Source: a bacterium
GTDB taxonomy: Bacteria > UBA8248
NCBI GenBank assembly: GCA_965207065.1
Contig: OZ242260.1
Location: 3,552,001 to 3,616,000 of the forward strand
Length of the DNA stretch: 64,000 nt
Reading direction: 5' to 3'
Positions 40,928 through 50,446 of the stretch are shown one piece after another; position 1 is the stretch's first letter, and every line of letters begins with the position of its first letter. A program made the translations under genes and the position numbers. The notes below the pieces were generated by a model. That model ran no database searches and was not told the DNA's origin. It saw only the letters and a program-made list of their open reading frames with translations.

Positions 40928-41980
40928 TTATATGCCTTCAATGACGACGGAATGACCACCTTTGGGTTTTCTGACAACTTCGCCAACAACCGTGGGGCGT
41001 TCTCCTGCAGTTTTCAAACATTCGAGCACAGATTCAACTCGCTCCGACCTCACGAGAAAGACAAAACCCAAGCCCATGTTAAAAATGTGATACATCTCCG
41101 CGCTGTCAACCGGGCCAAACTCTTGAATCAATGAGAATATCTCAGGCATCACCCATTTTTCAGGATAAAATTTAGCCTGCAATTCATCCGGCATCACACG
41201 ATTTACATTTCCCGGAATTCCACCTCCCGTGATGTGCGCGATGCCACTAATCCCCTCATCTCTCCGAATGGAAAGAACCCCTTTCGTGTAAATTCTGGTC
41301 GGCTCCAATAATACATCTTCAATGGGAACGCCTAGCCTTTGCCCCGCCACATCCCGTGTTTCTTTTGATTCAAATATTTTACGTACCAAGGAATATCCGT
41401 TGCTATGAATTCCTGAAGAAGAAAGTGCGAGTATGGCATCGCCGGTCTTGACAGGTGTCCGATTGTCCAGGGTTTTGCGTTCAACCACCCCCACAGCGAA
41501 TCCAGCAACATCATACACGCCCGGCTCATACATGTTAGGCATCTCGGCGGTTTCGCCACCGAGGAGGGCGCATCCTGCCTCCCGGCATCCCAGTGCAATC
41601 CCGGATACGACTGCCTTCAAAACATGTTGATTGATCTTGCCTGTCGCAATGTAATCAAGAAAAAAAAGCGGTTCTGCTCCCATAGTCAGTATGTCGTTGA
41701 CGCACATGGCCACCAAGTCGACCCCGATGGAATCATGGCGCCCGAACTCTTGGGCCAAGAGTAATTTCGTGCCGACGCCGTCGGCGCCTGAAACAAGTAC
41801 AGGATCTTCATATTCCCCGCCCAGACGGAACAAACCCGCAAAATCCCCCGTCCCCTTCAGGATACGGTCACTTTGACCAACATGGGTGGATTTTACGATT
41901 TGGGCGATAGCCTGAACGAAACCCTCTCCCAACTCCACATCGACGCCCGCATCGCGGTATGTCAGACGGTCCTCATTCAA
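40928..41980 (-). CDS. purM: AIR synthetase
   Basis: YRDAGVD, DGVGTK, AMCVND, GGETAEMP, HSNGYS, HITGGG, FNMG. Confidence 0.97.
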   Translation of the reverse strand: MNEDRLTYRDAGVDVELGEGFVQAIAQIVKSTHVGQSDRILKGTGDFAGLFRLGGEYEDPVLVSGADGVGTKLLLAQEFGRHDSIGVDLVAMCVNDILTMGAEPLFFLDYIATGKINQHVLKAVVSGIALGCREAGCALLGGETAEMPNMYEPGVYDVAGFAVGVVERKTLDNRTPVKTGDAILALSSSGIHSNGYSLVRKIFESKETRDVAGQRLGVPIEDVLLEPTRIYTKGVLSIRRDEGISGIAHITGGGIPGNVNRVMPDELQAKFYPEKWVMPEIFSLIQEFGPVDSAEMYHIFNMGLGFVFLVRSERVESVLECLKTAGERPTVVGEVVRKPKGGHSVVIEGI

Positions 41981-42031
41981 TAGTGATGTTCCCTGATTTA
42001 ACAGGCGGAATCGAACGGAATGTACTCAAAA

Positions 42032-44167
42032 TCAGCCATGGACTTCCATCAATTTCTTGACTAAAGCTACATTATGTCGGTGTCCACTTCTCTCAGCGGT
42101 CACTTTTCCGCGGATGGGACGACCGGTTAAATACAGATCTCCTATTACATCAAGAATTTTATGGCGAACAAATTCATTGGAGAATCGCAATTGGGTATTC
42201 ACGACTCGCGATTTGTCTACAAGAATCACATTATCCCAACGACCACCTTCGGCCAATCCCATTTTCTCAAGCGACTCGAGTTCAGAGACAAAGCCAAATG
42301 TACGGGCCGGTGCGATTTCTTCTTGAAAACTCAATGCGTTCTTATGTTCATAAAGATATGATTGTTTCCCAATCGGCTTAGGATAATCGATGAGGTATGT
42401 TACAGAAAAAGAATCCGAAGGCTCTATGCGAATGTAACCCTTCTCGTCATTCGGTTCACCTACCTCATATACCTGGTCAACCCACAATTCCTCGCGTTTT
42501 TCTTTCTGATCTTCAATGCCAGCTTCTTCAAGCAAGCGACAAAACTCCACCGCAGATCCATCCATTACTGGTACTTCTTCACTCATTTTGACGAGTATAT
42601 TGCTAATTTTGTATGCGTGCAGCGCACTCATGAGATGCTCTATCGTTCGAGCCGTCACTGCTCCATTGCGCAAGTTTGTCGCATGGTTGGTGCCATCCAC
42701 GAAATCGACATTTGCCTTCACGATATCGGGGCTTGTCAGGTTGCCAAACTGAATTCCGCTCCCCGGCGGCAAAGGTTCGATGATTAATCCTGTCTTCAAC
42801 CCTGAATGAAGCCCCCGGCCGTACAACACGACACTTTTTGAAATACTCCTTTGATTTGTTTCCCTTAGGTTCGTCGACGCCGACGTTACGGGCTCTATAT
42901 TGTATGCTTTAATTTTTCGTTTTAAAGCCGGTTTCGTCATCCCCACCGCCTGGGCGGTTTTGAGGATATCCCAACCGTGCTCCTCCAAATGGAAGGAAAG
43001 GTATTGTCTCTCCCACTGGGTTCTGGCCAAATTAAAATTAGAAGGGGCGTCGTCTTTTGATGATGTGTGCGTCGCTAAATCAGAAGCTTCGCGTATCGCG
43101 TACGGCAAGTGGCTGATGTCAATCTCCGAGCCTTGCGATGAATATGCCGCTTTGGTCACCGCGCCTTTTAATTCAGCAATATTGCCCGGCCAGTCATAGT
43201 CTTCCAGAAGCGCAATGACATCCTCTGAAAATTCCTTTTCATACCTGTCAGCTTCCATGCATTCACTCAAAAATCTGTTGGCCAGCGGCAAAATATCCTC
43301 TTTGCGCTCGCGCAAAGGTGGCAGGTGTATTACATCAGCGCCTATTTTTGAGGACAAGGCTCTTACATAGGCCTTGTCATTCAGGGCACCCATATGATCA
43401 ACGGATACCATTAAACGCATTGATCCTTTCGTATGCCCGAGGAATCTCACAAGAAATATCTCCTGCTCCGCCATGGGCAGTTGCTCCAAACCATCAAGGT
43501 ATGCCGTCCCTTGGAAGGCATCAGGCAACAGCCGTTCCAAGACATTTTCCCATTCGCTTATTTCCGTCACAGGAAACAGCGAACGGCAATGAATCGGCCT
43601 AAATCCTTCTTCTTTCCGAATACCGTTCTTGTGAATCATCCTGGCAACAAAACGCTTCCCAGTACCTCTTTCACCTGCGATTAGCAAAGGGCTTAAATCT
43701 TTCGCGGCTTTACGTATGGCCCGTCGAACCTTTTGAATATTATTGCTATTTCCGTCAAGCATTACATCAACGACATCACTTGCCTTCAGTTCTTTGGCTC
43801 TTCGCGCTTGAACGGCGGAATCGACAATACGCAAAACCGCATCAATAGAAAGGGGTTTTTCAATGAAATTAAAAGCGCCTAACTTTGTCGCAGCTACGGC
43901 GGTTTCAATATTGCCATGGCCCGACATCACGACGACTTCGATATCCGCGTTCGATTCTTTCACTGCTTGCAAAGTCTTGATGCCGTCAATTCCGGGCATC
44001 CATACATCAACCAAAACCACATCCGGTGTTTCGGTTCGAACTAATTGAAGGGCTGTTTCGCCAGATTCGGCCCGCTCAACACGATATCCTTCATCGTGCA
44101 ATACATCTTCCAAGCTCGCGAGAATTTCGCGCTCATCATCGACGATAAGCACATGTCCCTTATCCAA
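42032..44167 (-). CDS. lpxC: Fusion protein: NtrX-like response regulator (REC + degenerate AAA+ + Fis-type HTH) joined to LpxC deacetylase
   Basis: One 711-aa ORF. REC motifs VDDE/LVDVWMP/SGHG/EKP; GERGTGK; WPGNIAEL; HTH; then QRSI...GRGLHSG, TIEHLMSAL, EVPVMDGSA, EIAPARTFGF, RHKILDVIGDL, SGH. Confidence 0.92.
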   Translation of the reverse strand: MDKGHVLIVDDEREILASLEDVLHDEGYRVERAESGETALQLVRTETPDVVLVDVWMPGIDGIKTLQAVKESNADIEVVVMSGHGNIETAVAATKLGAFNFIEKPLSIDAVLRIVDSAVQARRAKELKASDVVDVMLDGNSNNIQKVRRAIRKAAKDLSPLLIAGERGTGKRFVARMIHKNGIRKEEGFRPIHCRSLFPVTEISEWENVLERLLPDAFQGTAYLDGLEQLPMAEQEIFLVRFLGHTKGSMRLMVSVDHMGALNDKAYVRALSSKIGADVIHLPPLRERKEDILPLANRFLSECMEADRYEKEFSEDVIALLEDYDWPGNIAELKGAVTKAAYSSQGSEIDISHLPYAIREASDLATHTSSKDDAPSNFNLARTQWERQYLSFHLEEHGWDILKTAQAVGMTKPALKRKIKAYNIEPVTSASTNLRETNQRSISKSVVLYGRGLHSGLKTGLIIEPLPPGSGIQFGNLTSPDIVKANVDFVDGTNHATNLRNGAVTARTIEHLMSALHAYKISNILVKMSEEVPVMDGSAVEFCRLLEEAGIEDQKEKREELWVDQVYEVGEPNDEKGYIRIEPSDSFSVTYLIDYPKPIGKQSYLYEHKNALSFQEEIAPARTFGFVSELESLEKMGLAEGGRWDNVILVDKSRVVNTQLRFSNEFVRHKILDVIGDLYLTGRPIRGKVTAERSGHRHNVALVKKLMEVHG

Positions 44168-46424
44168 TGAAAGCCGTCCTTTGTTTTTCAGGTGTGATGT
44201 CCACAGTAGGCGCCAGAGGCAACGTTACACGGAAAACAGAGCCAACAGGATGGTTATCTCGCACGCCTATTGTTCCATTGTGATCTGCCACAATGCGGTG
44301 ACATATAGCCAAACCTAACCCGGAACCTCTATCTTTTGTCGAAAAGTAAGGCGAGAATATATGTCCTTTCATATCTTCCGATATACCCTGCCCCTGGTCG
44401 GCAACTTCAACAACTATCATATTTCTATCCATATTACTCCATGCTTGCAAATCTATCTCGCCATCAACTTCATGGGATTCGAATGCGTTTTCCAATAAAT
44501 TGATGAACACACGTTGCAACTGCTCGGGATCCGCCATGACAACTGCATTCCCGGTATCAATCTGCATCGAAAATTTCACGTTCCCTTTTCTGTCACGATA
44601 TAAATTTGCAACATCCTCAATCAGTGGAACAAACTCGCAAAGCCTTAATCTCGGCTCCGGCATTCGCGCAAACCGGCTGAATTCATTCACCATTTCAATC
44701 AGACTCGTTACCTGATTAATAATGGTATCGGTACAAGATTCGAATACTTCCGCAAAATCATAGGCTTCAATTTCAAATTTCCTTCTCATTCTCTGAGCGG
44801 AGAGCTGTATTGGCGTAAGTGGATTTTTGATCTCGTGCGCGATGCCACGAGCCACTTCCTGCCATGCGGCGACTTTTTGAGCCCGAATCAAGGCCGTCAT
44901 ATCATCAAACACAATGACGGCACCAAGCCTGCCACCATCCGCGCTTTTGAGAAGGGTCAAGCTCGCGCGCAACGTCAATACACGGCCATCAATCATGACT
45001 TCCACCTGCTCCGATGCGCTTTGGTGGTCTCGGTTTCTCATAGAACGCATCAACTGACGAACAGGCTCGAGATGTGCGCTTTCAAAAATTTCGCTGAACA
45101 ATCGTCCCACGGCGTTCTGGGGTTCTATGCTCAGCAACTCCCCTGCCGCTTTGTTTAGAATAGTAACGCGCCCTCGGCGGTTGATTGATATCACACCCGC
45201 TCCAATATTTTCGAGCATCGCTTCCATATATCTGCGCCTTCTGTCGATTTCCATATTGGACCGACGCAGGATTTCAGAAGATTCTTCAATTTTCTCTTTG
45301 TTAGCCAGCAATTCTTCCGTCATGCTGTTAAACGCGTTGACCAAAATTCCCACTTCGCCATCTGCTTGCGCATCCACGCGATGTTCCAGATCGCCATCCG
45401 ATACGGCCCTGGTGGCGTCTGCTAACTTTTCGATGGGAACCGTGATCCCGCGAGCGAGGTAGAAGCCAAACCATATGGCGGCAAAGAGAATGAGCAAGGT
45501 GACAACCAAGAAAGTGATGATGTAATTAGCTTTGATGGGATTCTTGGACAGTTCCAATTCTTTATAATTCACAAAGGAATCCGATATGCCTCTGATCTTC
45601 TCCACGAGCCTATCAGACACATATTTAGATACAACGATAAACCCCACCACTTTATTTTGAATCCTCAAAGGCGCCACGCCGTAAATAACATCACCTTTTT
45701 CCCAATTCTCAATACTCGATCGTGACTCCCCATCAATTACCTGATCCACGTATCCCACCAGTGGCGAGAACATTGCGCCTCGTCCTAAGCCAGGACGCTT
45801 GACCGATACAATCTCCTTCCGCTCTCTATCGTAGAGTTGGATAAAATCTACCCCCAGGCTCTTTCTCTCGGACTCCAATATTTTTCCGACAGCCTTAGGG
45901 TTTTCCAATGAATCGGGATGCGCTTTCTCCAACATAAGAGCTAGTCGACTGGCACTGAATAGCGCGTTTCGCTCCACTTCGCGATAATAGGTTTGAGCCA
46001 CTTCAAACGACCCTTTCAATGCTCTTTCCACATTCATGTTGAACAAGGCGTTGAAACTTTGGTTAATCAAACCACTAGCCACCACAAAAAGAGCTACTAC
46101 CGGAATGAGCGTAAAACCGACAAAAGCCAACACGAGCTTCAATTGTAAGCGCGAACGACCAGCGCCCGTTCTACCTTCGTAGTAAAGACGCACCAAGTTC
46201 TTCGCCACCAATAGAATAACCACCATGAGCAGAATGATACTCAGGTTCACTAGTGCAAAAACGACGACGTTGTTCAGTAATGGAACTCCCGGCTCAAGTT
46301 CCTTGAAATAAATCCAAGCCGTGAATGAAAGAGTCGCTATGATGATCAAAGCGATGAATGACCGCAGAAGTGTTCTCCGTCGTCGCAAAGAGGTTTCCTG
46401 ATTTTTCAATTGAGCTGGATGCAC
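44160..46424 (-). CDS. ntrY: NtrY-like sensor histidine kinase (TM-periplasmic-HAMP-PAS-HisKA-HATPase)
   Basis: AAWQEVARGIAHEIKNPLTPIQLSAQR is the NtrY-type H-box; NLLENA, DQGQG, PYFSTK, GSGLGL; overlaps the downstream gene by 8 nt. Confidence 0.88.
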   Translation of the reverse strand: MHPAQLKNQETSLRRRRTLLRSFIALIIIATLSFTAWIYFKELEPGVPLLNNVVVFALVNLSIILLMVVILLVAKNLVRLYYEGRTGAGRSRLQLKLVLAFVGFTLIPVVALFVVASGLINQSFNALFNMNVERALKGSFEVAQTYYREVERNALFSASRLALMLEKAHPDSLENPKAVGKILESERKSLGVDFIQLYDRERKEIVSVKRPGLGRGAMFSPLVGYVDQVIDGESRSSIENWEKGDVIYGVAPLRIQNKVVGFIVVSKYVSDRLVEKIRGISDSFVNYKELELSKNPIKANYIITFLVVTLLILFAAIWFGFYLARGITVPIEKLADATRAVSDGDLEHRVDAQADGEVGILVNAFNSMTEELLANKEKIEESSEILRRSNMEIDRRRRYMEAMLENIGAGVISINRRGRVTILNKAAGELLSIEPQNAVGRLFSEIFESAHLEPVRQLMRSMRNRDHQSASEQVEVMIDGRVLTLRASLTLLKSADGGRLGAVIVFDDMTALIRAQKVAAWQEVARGIAHEIKNPLTPIQLSAQRMRRKFEIEAYDFAEVFESCTDTIINQVTSLIEMVNEFSRFARMPEPRLRLCEFVPLIEDVANLYRDRKGNVKFSMQIDTGNAVVMADPEQLQRVFINLLENAFESHEVDGEIDLQAWSNMDRNMIVVEVADQGQGISEDMKGHIFSPYFSTKDRGSGLGLAICHRIVADHNGTIGVRDNHPVGSVFRVTLPLAPTVDITPEKQRTAFIG

Positions 46425-46427
46425 AAT

Positions 46428-47033
46428 TCACATTCCTTCAGAGCTAAATGTCTGGGAATAGCTCCAATCAGACTGCTTCCCCCAAAAAGCGAGTAAGTAA
46501 TTAAAGGGAAAAACAAAATCCACATGATTCAGCCGCGCTCTGATTTTTACATAATATCGACTATTTGGGGACAAGGTCTTCCCAGTGACAATGGGCGCGC
46601 CATTCAATTCACGCATCCAGTCCGTCATCTCACCTTGGCTTTTCGTCACTTTTCTCTCGATCTCTTTTTCACCTTCTTTGAGATGAAAAGTGTAAGTTTT
46701 TTTCAAGGCGCTATATTTCACTTGATGATGTAATTGCCGCGAGGTGACTTCCAAATCATAAATCAGCTTGCGAGAGCGAAGGAGACTTACATCAAAGATG
46801 AACTTCGTCGTCACACCACTATGAATAGCTTCCAACAGTTTTGGCGTAAATGCGCCCAATAGAGAACCAAAAACAAGCAACTGTCCATTCTTGTTAATTA
46901 CAATAATATCATTTACCCGGATCCCATCTTGGTTGTCTGTTGCGGCGAGCGCCGGCGCCACCAGAGCAAAAATTATACAGACCGCCAGGACAAGTTTCCT
47001 AAGAACAAATGTTTTCCGGGTGTTAGATAACAT
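46428..47033 (-). CDS. Exported protein, DUF4390-like
   Basis: Signal peptide (ALA-A), EAIHSGV...F...L...Y..L...Y pattern; immediately upstream of the NtrY-like kinase as in known DUF4390-ntrY-ntrX operons. Confidence 0.7.
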   Translation of the reverse strand: MLSNTRKTFVLRKLVLAVCIIFALVAPALAATDNQDGIRVNDIIVINKNGQLLVFGSLLGAFTPKLLEAIHSGVTTKFIFDVSLLRSRKLIYDLEVTSRQLHHQVKYSALKKTYTFHLKEGEKEIERKVTKSQGEMTDWMRELNGAPIVTGKTLSPNSRYYVKIRARLNHVDFVFPFNYLLAFWGKQSDWSYSQTFSSEGM

Positions 47034-47090
47034 ATGTTCCCCTCAGCCTTGAAATTCAATGTTATCGCATATGAAAAAAGCTCTCAATAC

Positions 47091-47113
47091 ATTGTATGAC
47101 TTCACTAACTTCA
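47091..47113 (-). promoter_or_regulatory. Shared motif copy 1 (TGAAGTTAGTGA-N5-TACAAT) upstream of the DUF4390-ntrY-ntrX/lpxC operon
   Basis: Matches 50296-50318 at 17 of 18 non-spacer positions, in the same orientation and at a similar distance from the start codon. Confidence 0.55.
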
Positions 47114-47144
47114 TGCTCACGCAGCACTTCCAGATGGTGCGCTG

Positions 47145-49844
47145 TTAACTAGTCCCACTTTTGGGGTTTTCAACGTTTGCCATGACCTTCCTGAGTTCAT
47201 ACAGGGCTTCGAGAGCTTGGCGAGGTGTCATGGAATCCGGATCAATACCTTTCAACAACTTTTCAATTTGTGATTCCTGACGTAAGAATAAAGGCAATTG
47301 CCCATTCCCCCGGCGATTTTCCAAAAAGGATTTTTCCTCGCTGGAACGGGAAACTGCTTCTGTACTTTCAAACTTAGAGAGCAAAGCCTTGGCACGGTCG
47401 ATCACCTCCTCCGGAAGCCCCGCCAACCTGCCAACCTGAATACCGTAGCTTCTATCGCAACTGCCATCGGTTACTTTTCGTAAGAAAACTATTTCATCAC
47501 CCCACTCTCGGACTTCGACCGTTAAGTTTTTCACACTGGTGAGCTCTTTTGAGAGTTCGGCCAGCTCATGATAGTGGGTCGCGAACAATGTCCTCGCCCT
47601 GTGACGGATCTCATTATGAAGATACTCTACAATTGACCAAGCGATGCTCACTCCATCATATGTGCTCGTGCCTCGCCCGACCTCATCCAGCACGATGAAA
47701 CTTCTCTGTGTAGACTCTTTTAATATGGTGGCCGTTTCCACCATTTCCACCATGAAGGTGCTTTGCCCCTCTAAAAGTCGGTCATGCGCGCCAACGCGAG
47801 TGAACACCCTATCCACTAGACCGATTTTTGCGCTCTTCGCTGGTACGAAGCTGCCAATTTGCGCCATTAGAATTATAAGTGCTGATTGACGCAGGTAAGT
47901 GGATTTTCCCGCCATATTCGGCCCTGTAATGATGAGGATTCGGCGATCGTCACGGATCGATAAATCATTCGGCACAAAAGCGATGCCAGGGTTCTCCGCT
48001 TCCATGACGGGATGTCTTCCCTCAATAATTTCAAGATCTGTAGAATCCAAAATCTGGGGTCTTACATATCCATATTTGCGTGCAACAAGCGCCAAGGACA
48101 AAACGGCATCTAGAATCGCTATTCTCTCGGCGGCGGCAAGAATGCGCTTGGCTTGTTGAGATATTTGCGCTCTTAATCGTCCAAAAAGCATAAACTCGAG
48201 ATGATGGGCTTTCTCCTCTGCTCCGAGAATGTCTTCTTCCATTTTTTTTAACTCGGAAGTGATGTATCGCTCTGCAGAAACGAGGGTCTGCTTGCGCGTA
48301 TATTCCATTGGCGCCTGCTCACTGAATCGTTTGGATATCTCTAGATAATATCCAAAAACGCGATTGAACCCGATTTTCAAAGGCAGTCCCGTTCGTTCTT
48401 TTTCCCTGTTTTCATAATCCTTGAGCCACAAATCACCCTCCTGCTGCGCCTTTCGCAACCTTGCAAGTTCCTGGTCATATTCAGTGCGAAAAATTCCACC
48501 CTCTCGAATCGAAACAGGTGGCTCATCCACAATCGCTTTATTCAGTTCCAACGCTACATCCTCGAGAGAATCCCACCCCCTCAAAACGGAATGAAACAAC
48601 TCAGCGGCCATCCCTTTGATCGCCTCATAAACCTCCGGCAACATAGTCAATGAGCCGCCAAGTCCAGCTAGGTCCCGTGCATTCGCAGTTTGAGAACCTA
48701 CGCGTCCCAGGAGCCGTTCGATATCTTGAATGGGCTCAATGACGTTTTTGAGCTGATTCAGGATATCGGTATTATTCACGAGTTCTTCTATGGATTCGGC
48801 ACGAAAATCGATGGCTTGTTTTTGAATCAATGGTGAAAGGACCCATTTTTTCAGCAATCGTCCTCCCATACCTGTCTGCGTCTCATCCAACAAACCAAAC
48901 AAAGTACCTTTTTTCCCACGATCCACCGCCGAGCGAGTGAGTTCTAAATTTCGCAACGTGGCTGCATCGAGAACCATAGTGTCTGAGAGGCGGGAAAAAA
49001 GCACAGGCTTGAGATGAGGGAAATTGCCAGGCTGGTTTTCTTTGAGATACGTCAAAATACCTACGGCGGAATCAACCGCAGACGGGTTCGTCCGAACACT
49101 CGCTTCATCAGGAAATATATTATCCAGGCTATTGAAATCAAGTGGTTCCTGAAAAGTGGCTGGCGGCCTTTTTTCAACATGAATGCTTAGTTCATCAATT
49201 TTGTTTTTCAACTCATCGGGCGGGGAAAATACATCTGGCAAGATGAGTTCGCGAGGAGAGAGTCTCTCCAATTGGTTGCAAATAAGCGTCTCGGCGGCAT
49301 CTCCTTCTACCTGAGTCGCACAAAACTCACCGGTCGAACTATCTAGCCATGCCATTCCCCAAAGCGCCTCACCTTCACTGGCCGATACGGTGATACCCGC
49401 CAAATATTGAGATTCCTTGCTATCAATTAACTTGAGGTCTGCAATCGAGGTGCCCGGAGTGAGAACGCGAGTCACCTCACGCTTTACCACTCCCTTGCTT
49501 TCTCCTGTGTCTTCCACCTGCTCGCAAATGGCGACTTTAAAACCCGCTTCCAGCAATCGCCCACAATAAGTGGAAGCCGAATGACAAGGCACGCCACACA
49601 TCGGTATGGGCCCTTTGTCATCACTCTGGCGCGATGTTAATGCGAGTTCCAGTACTTTCGCCCCGAGTTTCGCGTCTTCATAAAACATTTCAAAAAAATC
49701 ACCCAACTGAAAAAACAGCATCGCATCCGGATAACGTCTTTTCATTTCCAGGTATTGGCGCATCGCAGGAGATGGACCACGGTTCCTGTTTCTCGATGTA
49801 TTTTTTCCTTTGTTTGATCGCAGTGCACCTTTGGGGGGAGACAT
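47145..49844 (-). CDS. mutS: DNA mismatch repair protein MutS
   Basis: GDFFEMF, TGPNMAGKST, STFMVEM, DEVGRGTS, FATHYHEL, SYGIQV. Confidence 0.98.
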   Translation of the reverse strand: MSPPKGALRSNKGKNTSRNRNRGPSPAMRQYLEMKRRYPDAMLFFQLGDFFEMFYEDAKLGAKVLELALTSRQSDDKGPIPMCGVPCHSASTYCGRLLEAGFKVAICEQVEDTGESKGVVKREVTRVLTPGTSIADLKLIDSKESQYLAGITVSASEGEALWGMAWLDSSTGEFCATQVEGDAAETLICNQLERLSPRELILPDVFSPPDELKNKIDELSIHVEKRPPATFQEPLDFNSLDNIFPDEASVRTNPSAVDSAVGILTYLKENQPGNFPHLKPVLFSRLSDTMVLDAATLRNLELTRSAVDRGKKGTLFGLLDETQTGMGGRLLKKWVLSPLIQKQAIDFRAESIEELVNNTDILNQLKNVIEPIQDIERLLGRVGSQTANARDLAGLGGSLTMLPEVYEAIKGMAAELFHSVLRGWDSLEDVALELNKAIVDEPPVSIREGGIFRTEYDQELARLRKAQQEGDLWLKDYENREKERTGLPLKIGFNRVFGYYLEISKRFSEQAPMEYTRKQTLVSAERYITSELKKMEEDILGAEEKAHHLEFMLFGRLRAQISQQAKRILAAAERIAILDAVLSLALVARKYGYVRPQILDSTDLEIIEGRHPVMEAENPGIAFVPNDLSIRDDRRILIITGPNMAGKSTYLRQSALIILMAQIGSFVPAKSAKIGLVDRVFTRVGAHDRLLEGQSTFMVEMVETATILKESTQRSFIVLDEVGRGTSTYDGVSIAWSIVEYLHNEIRHRARTLFATHYHELAELSKELTSVKNLTVEVREWGDEIVFLRKVTDGSCDRSYGIQVGRLAGLPEEVIDRAKALLSKFESTEAVSRSSEEKSFLENRRGNGQLPLFLRQESQIEKLLKGIDPDSMTPRQALEALYELRKVMANVENPKSGTS

Positions 49845-49846
49845 AC

Positions 49847-50245
49847 CTAATCCAACTTCGAATCTCGGGGGGATAAGCTCATCTGAGGTTTGGAATCCGT
49901 TTGCGACGCGAGTTTATTACTTGAGGTGGCGGATTCCTCGGTTTGTGGATTTTCCATGGCAAGTAGCTTGCCGCTTTTCTCCCGCACTTCATCCAGATTA
50001 ATCTCCATCGTCTTTACTTCGCGCTTCAATTTTCCTATCTGGTTCCTGAACTTCAATCTGTCCAATGCCCCTCCAAGCCATGCAACCATGAAACCGCATG
50101 CAAACACGGCCAAAAGCACATAAAAAAGAGGCAAGTTGAAGCTGCCCTGATAATAGGCAACGGTCACCGGTTTCATGTTGATGACACCGAAGCTCGATAT
50201 CGCCAAAGCCAGAATCAAACCGATGATGAGTCGAAGACTACCCAT
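49847..50245 (-). CDS. lapA: LapA-family (DUF1049) LPS assembly membrane protein
   Basis: TM-FGVIN..V......F.LPL-TM (F..G) followed by a coiled coil, the usual LapA layout. Confidence 0.75.
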   Translation of the reverse strand: MGSLRLIIGLILALAISSFGVINMKPVTVAYYQGSFNLPLFYVLLAVFACGFMVAWLGGALDRLKFRNQIGKLKREVKTMEINLDEVREKSGKLLAMENPQTEESATSSNKLASQTDSKPQMSLSPRDSKLD

Positions 50246-50295
50246 ATCACCACCAAGTCCATAGGGTTTCAGATTTCAAAATCAGGGCGGAATTG

Positions 50296-50318
50296 ATTGC
50301 AGACTGTCACTAACTTCA
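50296..50318 (-). promoter_or_regulatory. Shared motif copy 2 (TGAAGTTAGTGA-N5-TGCAAT) upstream of lapA
   Basis: Counterpart of 47091-47113. Confidence 0.55.
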
Positions 50319-50446
50319 GGGTATCACCCACGCTCCACCGAGGACGAGCAACAGTTCATGATCTCTCATACGAGAAACGATGTGTAAATAACAGAAAATT
50401 TCTACGTCGTCGTGCCCACAATAATTTACTCAAGATTCTCCGGTTT

